Shown here piece after piece: positions 17,993-26,741 of a stretch of 64,000 nucleotides of DNA; the stretch's first letter is position 1; every line of letters begins with the position of its first letter. The notes under the pieces were generated by a model that worked only from the letters and a program-made list of their open reading frames with translations, made no database searches and was not told the DNA's origin. The stretch spans positions 24,874 through 88,873 of the forward strand of contig JBFWJS010000008.1 of assembly GCA_050253075.1 (NCBI GenBank). Reading direction: 5' to 3'. The translations under genes were made by a program, and so were the position numbers. The stretch is from Deferribacterales bacterium. Its GTDB lineage: Bacteria > Chrysiogenota > Deferribacteres > Deferribacterales > Geovibrionaceae.

Positions 17993-18934
17993 ATGCTTGA
18001 AGTTAAAGACCTCACAGTTGAACTGAAGAGTAAATCAAACAATTTCATTATCCTGCGCAGAGCCAGCCTCACCCTTAAAAAAGGCGAGATACTAGGCATT
18101 GCGGGCGAATCGGGAAGCGGCAAAACCATCTTTGCCAAAACCATCCTGAACCTTATCAAAAAGCCCGTGGTACGCACCGAGGGAGAGATAATCCTCGACG
18201 GCGTAAAGCTCGAAAATGAAAAAGATTTCCGTTCCATCAGGGGCAAAAAGATATCTATGATATTCCAAAACCCCACGGCATCGCTAAACCCTGTCTATAC
18301 CGTCGGCAGCCAGATTGTCGAAACCATTCGCACACACAACCCGAAGATAAGCGTGAAAGAAGCGGAGAAACGTGCAGAAGAGCTCCTTTCAGAGGTAGAG
18401 ATACCACACCCGAAGGAGAGACTGCAGAGCTATCCGCACCAGCTCTCAGGAGGGATGAATCAGCGAGTAATGATAGCCATGGCGCTCGCATCCAACCCAG
18501 AGATACTCATAGCAGACGAACCGACAACAGCGCTGGACGTCACCATACAGATGCAGATAGTCGAGCTGATAAAAAAGCTGAACCGTGAAAAGGGGCTCTC
18601 AGTGATATTCATCACCCACGACCTGTCGCTCCTCGCACAGGTAGCAGACGAAAGCATCATTATGTACGCAGGCGAGATGATGGAGCGTGTGTCCTCCGCC
18701 CAGCTTAAAGAAGGCACAATGAGACACCCGTACACGAAAAACCTGCAAAGCTGTGTGCCGAAGATAGGCGACGAAAGAGAATTTCTGAACACTATCAAAG
18801 GAACGATAACATTCAACGGCAAAGATTTTGACTCCGCATGCGTCTTTCACCCCAGATGCGAAAAAGCATCCGACAAATGCCGCACAGAAAAGCCCGCCTT
18901 CACCGACGGCTTCTCCTGCTTTTATCCTTACTAA
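17993..18934 (+). CDS. Peptide/nickel-type ABC transporter ATP-binding protein (DppD/OppD-like), orphan
   Basis: Walker A GESGSGKT, signature LSGGMNQR, Walker B LIADEPTTALD, and a Cys-rich oligo-HPY-type C-terminus. No permease or binding protein is adjacent. Confidence 0.85.
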   Translation: MLEVKDLTVELKSKSNNFIILRRASLTLKKGEILGIAGESGSGKTIFAKTILNLIKKPVVRTEGEIILDGVKLENEKDFRSIRGKKISMIFQNPTASLNPVYTVGSQIVETIRTHNPKISVKEAEKRAEELLSEVEIPHPKERLQSYPHQLSGGMNQRVMIAMALASNPEILIADEPTTALDVTIQMQIVELIKKLNREKGLSVIFITHDLSLLAQVADESIIMYAGEMMERVSSAQLKEGTMRHPYTKNLQSCVPKIGDEREFLNTIKGTITFNGKDFDSACVFHPRCEKASDKCRTEKPAFTDGFSCFYPY

Positions 18935-20250
18935 ACCTTTATAGTTTTCCAGTGACCGCTGCGGAAGCGTTTTGTGAGTATCACCGCACGGAAGAGAACC
19001 TCAAACACGCAGACGATGTATATCCATACAGGCGTACTGGTAACGTATGACAAAAGCCACGCAGGGAATATGCGCACTGCCCAGAGGGATGCGGTGTTTA
19101 TATAAAATGTCCATCTGGTGTCTCCCGCTCCACGCAGGCACCCCGAAAGGACGAATGTGACAGCAAGGGGAACCTGACAGAAACCCATGATGCGTAAATA
19201 TGTCGCAGCATGATCTATTGCAGCTTTGTTATCAGAAAAAACCGAAGCCATCGGTTGAGCAAAAGCTATCATCAGAACACCCATAAAACCCATAACAGCA
19301 GAAGCGGAAACAACGGTGGCCACGGCATCCTTTTCAGCTTCATCAGGACTGCCTGCACCTATCCCCTGCCCTACGAGAGCCATACCGGCCATAGTGAAGC
19401 CGACACCGGGCATGAATGCCATCCCCTCCAGCCGTAAGCCCACTTGATACCCCGCAAGGCTGTCTACGCCGTACTTGGCCACAAGTGCCGAAAGAACAAG
19501 GTATGAAGGATGGGAAGACACACGCTCTATCCATACGGGTATGCCGACCTTCAGCGCACGTTTCAGTATGCTCAGGTCCACCTTTACCTTGATAGTTATT
19601 TTTTTCCGCACAAGATAAACATAAAGATATAGCAAAATCTGGAAATATATAACAAGTACAGTCGCCAGAGCCGCACCCTGCACGCCCATAGGCTGAAATC
19701 CGAGGTTACCGAATATCAGAACCCAATCGAGGAAAACATTCAGCAGATTACCGCTGATGCTGATAAATAGAGGTATCTTCGTAGCGCCGATGGCATTCAT
19801 CCCGCTGAAGAATACTCCCATCACATACATGGCAGGGATACCGAATGCAAAGGTCTTCATATACTGGCTGCCCTCTTCGACAACGGTGTCGCCTGCATTG
19901 AGTATATGAAAGAGGAATTCGCTATGGTTATAAGCTATGTACGTTATCGGTGCGGATATCAGAAAGGAAAAGCAGATCATCATAAAGATGGTCTCGCCCG
20001 CCTTTGTCATATCCCGCCCGCCGAAAAATCTGGAAACGAGAGCATTCGTGCCAACGTATATGAGAGACATAAAGGCATACATAAGCCCCATATACTGCAT
20101 GCTGACGCCCACGGCAGCCACGCTGGCTGCGGAAATACGCCCCACAAAAAACATGTCGATAAGCCCCTGAACCATGTTTAGAAAGTTATGCATGGCGGAA
20201 GGGATGGAAATTCTCAGGACTCTTCTGTATCTCTCATTGATAAAAGACAT
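18931..20250 (-). CDS. MATE family efflux transporter
   Basis: 439 aa with about 12 hydrophobic helices and a MatE-like N-terminus RRVLRISIPSAMHNFLNMVQGLIDMFFVGR. Confidence 0.9.
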   Translation of the reverse strand: MSFINERYRRVLRISIPSAMHNFLNMVQGLIDMFFVGRISAASVAAVGVSMQYMGLMYAFMSLIYVGTNALVSRFFGGRDMTKAGETIFMMICFSFLISAPITYIAYNHSEFLFHILNAGDTVVEEGSQYMKTFAFGIPAMYVMGVFFSGMNAIGATKIPLFISISGNLLNVFLDWVLIFGNLGFQPMGVQGAALATVLVIYFQILLYLYVYLVRKKITIKVKVDLSILKRALKVGIPVWIERVSSHPSYLVLSALVAKYGVDSLAGYQVGLRLEGMAFMPGVGFTMAGMALVGQGIGAGSPDEAEKDAVATVVSASAVMGFMGVLMIAFAQPMASVFSDNKAAIDHAATYLRIMGFCQVPLAVTFVLSGCLRGAGDTRWTFYINTASLWAVRIFPAWLLSYVTSTPVWIYIVCVFEVLFRAVILTKRFRSGHWKTIKV

Positions 20251-20371
20251 AAAAAACCTACTTTAGTTATAAGAAATATAATGTAAGACTTGTTAAAGTA
20301 TATTGCAATATTTCAATTCATGTTCTAAGATAGGCGTTAAATATAATAGCATTTTAATCGGAGACAAAGAG

Positions 20372-21058
20372 ATGATCGGTAAATTGTTCAGCAAAAAACA
20401 GGACACAGGGCTTCCGGTAGACCCTATAGCCTTTTTTGTTAACAAAAAATGTGAAAAGATTAATAATAGTAAAACACTGGAGATAGATATTCAGAACGCT
20501 GTTTTCTCTATTGTCGATACGGAAACAACCGGACTGGACATCAATAATGCCAGAATAATCAATGTCGCCGCCGTTAAAGTGCAGAATTTCAAGATAATCG
20601 ACTTCTACAATTCATTCATAAACCCCGAGATGGAGATACCGAAAGAGTCTATAAAATGGCACAACATCACAGACGAAATGGTAACAGATAAACCTACCGT
20701 CGGCGAGGTTCTGCCCGATTTCATAAACTTTGTGGACGACTCGATAATAGTGGGCCACCACATCAACTTCGACATAAAAATGATCAATAAAGAGATGATG
20801 CAGAGCTTCGGCTGCGAGATGAAAAACAACTGGCTGGACACAATGCTCATCTATTCCAACGCTATAGTCAAAAAAGATGAGCACTACAGTCTCGACCATC
20901 TGCTCGATCTTTACAATGTCACCTGTAACGGGCGACACACCGCTCTGGGCGATGCTCTCGCTACTGCGGAGGTCTTCACAAAGATGATAAGCCAGGTCAG
21001 CAGAGAGTTCAAAACTGTGCGCGAGCTGTGTAATTGTCAGAAGTCCTTCGTAGGATAA
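20372..21058 (+). CDS. DnaQ/epsilon-like 3'-5' exonuclease
   Basis: ExoI FSIVDTETTGL, ExoII GHHINFDIKM, ExoIII HTALGDALATAE. Start set at ATG 20372, preceded by ggaga. Confidence 0.8.
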   Translation: MIGKLFSKKQDTGLPVDPIAFFVNKKCEKINNSKTLEIDIQNAVFSIVDTETTGLDINNARIINVAAVKVQNFKIIDFYNSFINPEMEIPKESIKWHNITDEMVTDKPTVGEVLPDFINFVDDSIIVGHHINFDIKMINKEMMQSFGCEMKNNWLDTMLIYSNAIVKKDEHYSLDHLLDLYNVTCNGRHTALGDALATAEVFTKMISQVSREFKTVRELCNCQKSFVG

Positions 21059-21117
21059 ATGAAATTTAATTTGACTATAAATAATCTAATGATATAGTAT
21101 TCATAGGGTAATACTAT

Positions 21118-21522
21118 ATGAGTCAGTTTAGACAAAGTGTCTTTCAGGAGATACTTAAAAATTATGAAAAATTTTATGTTCACCTTATGCCGCACCCGGA
21201 GCTTATCATTGGCTCACGAGGGCTTCTCGGCGAGGAGAATAAGAACGGACTTGTCCTCGTTTTCGGACCGCATTCATACGACAAGCTCTCTCTGGAGAAA
21301 GACTGTATCACAGTTAATATGAAATTCTCCGGCAGCTGGGAGAGCCTCTATATCCCTCTCAACGCAGTCAGCGCAATCTTTAACGACCCTGTAAAGCCTG
21401 AGTTTATGTTCAGCTTTAAGCCTGTGGTAAAGACCGAGAGCGGTGAGGAAAATATAATGGATGACCCTGCGGATAACGATTCGGGTGGAAAGATACTGGA
21501 ATTTCCTAAAAGGAAGAATTAA
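21118..21522 (+). CDS. SspB-like ClpXP adaptor (putative)
   Basis: The pattern GLVLVFGP..ITVNMKFSGSWESLYIPLNAVSAIF parallels the E. coli SspB core as I recall it. It is followed by a flexible acidic linker and a basic C-terminal tail. Confidence 0.55.
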   Translation: MSQFRQSVFQEILKNYEKFYVHLMPHPELIIGSRGLLGEENKNGLVLVFGPHSYDKLSLEKDCITVNMKFSGSWESLYIPLNAVSAIFNDPVKPEFMFSFKPVVKTESGEENIMDDPADNDSGGKILEFPKRKN

Positions 21523-21950
21523 ACCTTCCTCTTTATCCCCAGTTCTTTCAAATAGTCGAAGAGCAGAATGACGGTTTTCGCCGTCATCTCGTGACACATC
21601 TTTTTTGCTGCATCCCCGTCATACCCTTCTCTTAATTTCTCACATATAGAATTATCGAATTCACTAATAAATATATCTCTGAATGCCGCTATATACGGGT
21701 GTATAACATCAACGTCTTTCGAAGTGTCCTTTCTGCCTATCAGCATACTGAGTGCGACCACGCTGCCGTTCAGCGCACCGCATGTCTCTGCCCTGCTGCG
21801 CCCTACTCCGCCGCCGAAGCCAGTCACAAGGTTTGAATAGGCGAAATCTATCTCAGGCAGATAATACCTGCCCGCCATCAGCACGACAGTCTCTGCACAG
21901 TTATATCCTTTCTGCTGTTCTGCCATGGCTTCTGCGTATATTTGCTCCAT
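21519..21950 (-). CDS. C_GCAxxG_C_C family redox protein
   Basis: 143 aa with YNCAE, ETCGALNGS and two downstream Cys (ICEKL, MCHEM). Start abuts the stop of the upstream gene. Confidence 0.8.
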   Translation of the reverse strand: MEQIYAEAMAEQQKGYNCAETVVLMAGRYYLPEIDFAYSNLVTGFGGGVGRSRAETCGALNGSVVALSMLIGRKDTSKDVDVIHPYIAAFRDIFISEFDNSICEKLREGYDGDAAKKMCHEMTAKTVILLFDYLKELGIKRKV

Positions 21951-23537
21951 TTAAAGCTCCGTCTCGATTATTTCAGGGCTGCTGTTCTTAAACTGAGGCA
22001 TAACCATCCCCGCTGTGGCGTTGATGTATGTAGGGTCTGCCACGGTGTATTTCTCGCCGTTATACATTAGTACTGCACCAGTATTATATTTGCCGAGGTT
22101 CACAGCCGTTGCGATGTGTCCGGGGAAATCGAGCATGACTACATCCAGACCGAGCACCTTCCTCACGAGGAAAGCGAAAAGGACACTTCTGTCCTCACAG
22201 TCGGAGTATGGGTAATATATTGTCTCCTCGGCAAAGAAGAACTTCTCACGTCCGAACTGCTGGTCGTCTGTCTTATACTCAAAGGCTGTCTGCACAAAGC
22301 GGAGAATGATGTCCACCGCTTCCTTTGCATTTTTGCCCAGTGTCAGCTTCTTTATCTCAGGCAGTATGGTCTGGTCTATCCACTCGGGTGTTTTCGCACC
22401 GGTGTAGACAGGCAGATCAGCCTGAGGGAAGTTGTTCAGGTAAGCAATGCTGTACCTGTTCGCTATGGCGTTTATCTTATGTTTTGTACCTTCGATGTCG
22501 AATGTCAGCTCTCTGGCAAAGCCTGCGAATCCGAGCTTCGGATAAGCCATGTGCGAGAGCTTTATGATATCCTTCGCATCGGGATAGCTCCCCTGATAGG
22601 TATAGAGGGGTTCCGTCTCTTCCTTCTTTCCGAAGATGTCTATGACATAGTATCTCTCGCCGGAGAATGTATAATAAGGCACGCCGTAGAGCTCTTTATC
22701 CGTAGGCGACATAACCTTTGTACGTCCGTCATCGGTATAGCCGAGCTTTGCGTTGTAGCCGCCTTTATTCATGTAAAACCATACGAGCATCTTCCTCTCG
22801 GGCACGTCGCCGAGGAGCTTTGCGGAGAATCTCTCGATAAGGTTCACATACCCCCAGTCGCCGAGGTTCATGTCTGCTGCGGTCTTTTTCATATATATCA
22901 GCGTCTTTTTATAGTCTGAGGATGCGACATCCTCCCACCATTTCGCTATAGTTTTCGAAGATAAAGGTTTGGCAACCGGTGTCTTGAGCTTTTTATCGAA
23001 AGGAACATCCAGCTCCACACCGTAAAAAGAGAGTGCGAGCCCCTTCGCACTGCCCGAAGGCTTAAATGTCGGCTCAGGCTCTTTCACCACAGGTTCCTGA
23101 GGTGCAGGCTCAACAGGCACGGGTTCCTTCACCACGGGCGGCGCAGGAACAGGCTCTTTGGTTATATCAGGCTGAGGCTCAGGCTTTACCTCCGGCACAG
23201 GCACGGGAGCAGGCATTTTCACAGGCTCCTTATCTGCAACGGGCTCTTCCTTAGGCTCAGGTTTTGGTTTTAAAACGATAGGCTCTGGCTTTTTCTCAGG
23301 TTTGGCGACAGGTATATCGACAGGCTTAGGCTCGTCGAGCAGCTTCTTAGGTTTCTTAGCGTCATACGGTTCCCATTTCTGTTTGAGAAAGGACGTAAAT
23401 TCACGGTCTATCTTTTCCAGATAGGTATTATAGTCGTTCATCTGCTGTTTGAGGTAATCTTCGAAAGAATCCACAGCAAACGCCGTAAAAGACGTTATTG
23501 ATATTATAAGGGCTGTCAGCCAGATCTTATGCTTCAT
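21951..23537 (-). CDS. Secreted protein with Pro/Lys/Glu-rich spacer and C-terminal transglutaminase-like Cys-His-Asp core
   Basis: Signal peptide, then about 110 aa of KPEP/EPVP low complexity, then YSDCEDRSVLFAFLVRKVLGLDVVMLDFPGHIATAV...VADPT. Confidence 0.65.
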   Translation of the reverse strand: MKHKIWLTALIISITSFTAFAVDSFEDYLKQQMNDYNTYLEKIDREFTSFLKQKWEPYDAKKPKKLLDEPKPVDIPVAKPEKKPEPIVLKPKPEPKEEPVADKEPVKMPAPVPVPEVKPEPQPDITKEPVPAPPVVKEPVPVEPAPQEPVVKEPEPTFKPSGSAKGLALSFYGVELDVPFDKKLKTPVAKPLSSKTIAKWWEDVASSDYKKTLIYMKKTAADMNLGDWGYVNLIERFSAKLLGDVPERKMLVWFYMNKGGYNAKLGYTDDGRTKVMSPTDKELYGVPYYTFSGERYYVIDIFGKKEETEPLYTYQGSYPDAKDIIKLSHMAYPKLGFAGFARELTFDIEGTKHKINAIANRYSIAYLNNFPQADLPVYTGAKTPEWIDQTILPEIKKLTLGKNAKEAVDIILRFVQTAFEYKTDDQQFGREKFFFAEETIYYPYSDCEDRSVLFAFLVRKVLGLDVVMLDFPGHIATAVNLGKYNTGAVLMYNGEKYTVADPTYINATAGMVMPQFKNSSPEIIETEL

Positions 23538-23604
23538 GTCGTCACCTGCCTATCTATATAATATACTGTTTAGACAGTTAAACGAGTGAAAAAGCACATT
23601 TTCG

Positions 23605-24078
23605 TTATTGAAATTTTACTTCAAGAACTTCGTATTCGATCTCTCCGCCTGGAGCTATAACGAGAACTTCATCGCCGACCTTTTTATTCACAAGGGCTCT
23701 GGCGAGAGGCGACATAATAGATATCGTTCCGTTAGAGATGTTTGCCTCATCGGGTCCGACGATCTTATATGTCTTATGCTCTTCTGTCTCAAGGTTCTCT
23801 ATAGTAACGGTAGCACCGAAAACGATCTTATCTCCGGAAAGAGTAGTAGTATCGATAACCTGAAAGCGGCCCATCTTTCCTTCGAGCTCGCCTATACGGG
23901 CTTCGATCATCCCCTGTCTCTCTTTTGCTGCGTCGTACTCAGCATTTTCACTGAGGTCTCCGTGGCTTCTGGCTTCTTCTATGGCAGCGACGATTTCTTT
24001 TCTGTCGACTGTCTTGAGCTTTTCGAGCTCTTTTTTTAGTTTGGCATAACCTTCCGTAGTAATCGGAATTCTATCCAT
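23605..24078 (-). CDS. greA: transcription elongation factor GreA
   Basis: MDRIPITTEGYAKLKKELEKL..SENAEYDAAKERQ. Start chosen at the second ATG (ggagga 5 nt upstream). The longer ORF overlaps xseA. Confidence 0.92.
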   Translation of the reverse strand: MDRIPITTEGYAKLKKELEKLKTVDRKEIVAAIEEARSHGDLSENAEYDAAKERQGMIEARIGELEGKMGRFQVIDTTTLSGDKIVFGATVTIENLETEEHKTYKIVGPDEANISNGTISIMSPLARALVNKKVGDEVLVIAPGGEIEYEVLEVKFQ

Positions 24079-25552
24079 CATCTTCCTCCGAGACTTTCTT
24101 TCCGGTAACGAAGCTGTTAATATAGCCGTCATTTAGCCTTATTTCAAGCTCATCTTGCAGAGACACGTCAGAAACACTCTTTACGGGTGCTCCGTTCAGC
24201 ATCACAAAGCTGTATCCCTTTGACAGGATGTTCTGCGGGTCTAGCGCTTCTAGCTTTGCCTGCAGGGGTGCCAGTCTGCTTTTGTTATCAGATATTTCTG
24301 ATCTGACGGCAGAGCGCATCCGCTGTAATAAGCTGTCTAACTGCCCTCTGAACCTCTCGGCTTTTCTATCGGGGGCATGCTTCGATATTTTTTGTACTAA
24401 AAAGTTTATTTTATCAGCACTCTCTCTGTTTTTTATGAGTAGTGCGTCTTTTAATCTTCGTTCATAGTCGGCAATGGTCAGCTTCTGCCTTTCTATCCTG
24501 TTTGCGGGGGTCAGCCTGCTCATGATAGAGGCGAGCTCGTTCACACGGCTCTTACGGCTTCTGACAGCCTGCAGCATATGCACTGATACTGATTTTAGCA
24601 TATGATCGACGTGCCGTCTGTCCGATTCTAATCTTTTTATCGGCGAAGATGCATTAACCGCAGCCAAAAGCATGTCCAGACGCTGATTGCTGTTCATCAG
24701 TTTCTGGTTCATTATGTTCACCAGCCTGCGTCCGTGGTCTTTCAGATCCCGCCCGGCAGAGCGGAAACCTTCACCGAGAAGGCTCGCAGCAGCAGTAGGT
24801 GTCGCCACCCGCACATCCGCAACAAAGTCGCATATTGAAACGTCCCTCTCGTGACCTATGGCACTGACAGTGGGGACGGCACAGGCTGCGAGAGCCCTTG
24901 CGACATACTCTTCGTTAAACACGGCGAGGTCTTCCAGTGAGCCCCCTCCGCGCATAAGGACAAGCACGTCGTATCTGTCTGTCATCATCCCCGCCTTAGA
25001 AAGCGCCTCGACAATCGGCGCAACGGCGTCTTTCCCCTGTACGGGCACAGACCACACATCCACCTCAAAGCGGATGTCGTTATTCTGCATAGTGATCAGA
25101 AAGTCCTTTATCGCCGCTCCCGTGGCCGATGTGACCACCGCCACACGCTTCGGCAGGAAAGGCAGCGTTTTTTTCAGCTCTTCGGCAAATAGTCCTTCCG
25201 CCTCGAGCTTTTTCCTGACTTCTTCGAAAAGCTGCCAGAAGAGCCCCACGGAGTCATATTCCAGCTTTTTCACCAGAAGCTGATAGTTCCCCCCCTGTTC
25301 GTAAACGGTCATCTCGCCGATAGCCTCGACGCTGTCGCCGTTTTTCGGGTTAAAGCTCAGTCCGTTCACCATTCCACGGAACATAACGCACTTTATCTGA
25401 GCCTTTTCATCCTTCAGCACAAAGTAAAGATGCCCGGCAGGGGAACGGGAAAAGCTGGAAATCTCGCCTTTTACAGCGACATTATCCGCAAAGGTATTTT
25501 CAATGAGCCCTTTTACGGCTCTGGTTAATTCTGTAACCGTATATTTTTTCAT
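24071..25552 (-). CDS. xseA: exodeoxyribonuclease VII large subunit
   Basis: N-terminal OB fold (VAVKGEISSFSRSPAGHLYFVLKD), catalytic core RGGGSLEDL, long helical C-terminus. Confidence 0.92.
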   Translation of the reverse strand: MKKYTVTELTRAVKGLIENTFADNVAVKGEISSFSRSPAGHLYFVLKDEKAQIKCVMFRGMVNGLSFNPKNGDSVEAIGEMTVYEQGGNYQLLVKKLEYDSVGLFWQLFEEVRKKLEAEGLFAEELKKTLPFLPKRVAVVTSATGAAIKDFLITMQNNDIRFEVDVWSVPVQGKDAVAPIVEALSKAGMMTDRYDVLVLMRGGGSLEDLAVFNEEYVARALAACAVPTVSAIGHERDVSICDFVADVRVATPTAAASLLGEGFRSAGRDLKDHGRRLVNIMNQKLMNSNQRLDMLLAAVNASSPIKRLESDRRHVDHMLKSVSVHMLQAVRSRKSRVNELASIMSRLTPANRIERQKLTIADYERRLKDALLIKNRESADKINFLVQKISKHAPDRKAERFRGQLDSLLQRMRSAVRSEISDNKSRLAPLQAKLEALDPQNILSKGYSFVMLNGAPVKSVSDVSLQDELEIRLNDGYINSFVTGKKVSEEDDG

Positions 25553-25863
25553 TTGCTTTCAGATGTATCAGACTGGTTTTCCTCTGGGGAAACGAGAGGT
25601 TTTTCGATTATATAGAGGTCTTCATCAGCTTTTTTAAGGCTGAGTTCTTTCTTTATCATCATTTCGAGGTATTCGGTGTTTTCTTTCACCTGTTTCAGTT
25701 CCTGCTCCAGGTTTTTAACCTTGTCTTCCGTCACATGGAGCTGGAGTTCATAATTATTCTTTATGCGCACCAGTTCCTTATATTTCAGCAGACCGTTATG
25801 GCCGAAGACCATATACCCTGCGAGCACTGTTATTATGATTAGAAAAAGAATATTCAGCTTCAC
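25549..25863 (-). CDS. ftsB: cell division protein FtsB/DivIC-like (septum formation initiator)
   Basis: 104 aa with one N-terminal TM helix and a coiled coil (LKYKELVRIKNNYELQL..). Overlaps the xseA start by 4 nt. Confidence 0.7.
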   Translation of the reverse strand: MKLNILFLIIITVLAGYMVFGHNGLLKYKELVRIKNNYELQLHVTEDKVKNLEQELKQVKENTEYLEMMIKKELSLKKADEDLYIIEKPLVSPEENQSDTSESK

Positions 25864-25880
25864 GGAAACACCTTAATAAA

Positions 25881-26441
25881 TCATCTTTCAGGTATTATAC
25901 CACAAGTGCCGGATGAACCTATACGTTCTTCGAGAATTTTCCGTGCTTTTTCGAAAAATCCGATGGTGAAGTCAAAGGCATAGTCCTGAAATGTCCATTC
26001 CATAGGTATATAGCGTCCTTTACGCCTGAGCAGCTGAAGGTCTCCGTAGATGTTGTCCCTCAGATATACCCTGTGGGTAAAGTTCTTTGTGCTGGCTGCC
26101 ACTATCTTTTCCATAGCGACATAGCCCGGGTCTATGTTTATGATGCGTTTCCCTTCCTGCTGGAGTCCGTCCTCAATGTTCACCGCTTCGATCTTATAAT
26201 CCGGCAGATCGTCGGGAAACTCCACTTTGTCATACAGAGCGAAATATTTCACAAGGTTTTCACCCATTTCAGGCTCGTAGTATGATGTGTGTGAAAAGTC
26301 GAATTCGGGTGAGCGCAGGATAGGCTCGCCGAACAGAGGCGCAGCGATAGAGTCAGGGTCTTTCACCAGATCTCTGTTGTAGAGGATAGCATTGAAATAG
26401 ATTACTTTACCGGTTTGTTTGAAACCGCCGCCCGTAACCAT
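25881..26441 (-). CDS. DUF4416 family protein
   Basis: 186 aa with DFSHTSYYEPEMG, INIDPGYV, THRVYL and EWTFQDY, matching my recollection of DUF4416. Starts 1 nt after the hfq stop. Confidence 0.7.
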   Translation of the reverse strand: MVTGGGFKQTGKVIYFNAILYNRDLVKDPDSIAAPLFGEPILRSPEFDFSHTSYYEPEMGENLVKYFALYDKVEFPDDLPDYKIEAVNIEDGLQQEGKRIINIDPGYVAMEKIVAASTKNFTHRVYLRDNIYGDLQLLRRKGRYIPMEWTFQDYAFDFTIGFFEKARKILEERIGSSGTCGIIPER

Positions 26442-26442
26442 A

Positions 26443-26667
26443 TTAGTTCATTTCGATTTCGAGGATCTCCTCAGAAGGCTCTATTGTAGAGATTGCGTGC
26501 TTATAGATCATCTTCTGAGAGTCATCCTTCAGTATCACGACGAAGTTGTCGAAACCTTTGATGTAGCCCTCTATCTTCACACCATTGACGAGATAGATTG
26601 TTGCTGAGATACGCCTCTTTCTGAGGTGATTTAAAAATACGTCCTGAATATTAATCTTCTTGCTCAT
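26443..26667 (-). CDS. hfq: RNA chaperone Hfq
   Basis: 74 aa with Sm1/Sm2 [45 protein letters not shown]. Confidence 0.93.
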   Translation of the reverse strand: MSKKINIQDVFLNHLRKRRISATIYLVNGVKIEGYIKGFDNFVVILKDDSQKMIYKHAISTIEPSEEILEIEMN

Positions 26668-26741
26668 TCCGGTACCCCCTGAATAAAGAAATAATCATAT
26701 ATTATTCTATGCGATAAATTTATATAAAAAATGGAATATAT

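Noticed and set aside
22116-22919. 267-aa plus-strand ORF; also 28109-28795, 46400-46957, 12324-12779, 35427-36556 and many shorter ones
   Set aside because: All lie inside and antisense to, or out of frame with, confidently identified genes. None shows recognisable motifs or a ribosome-binding site.
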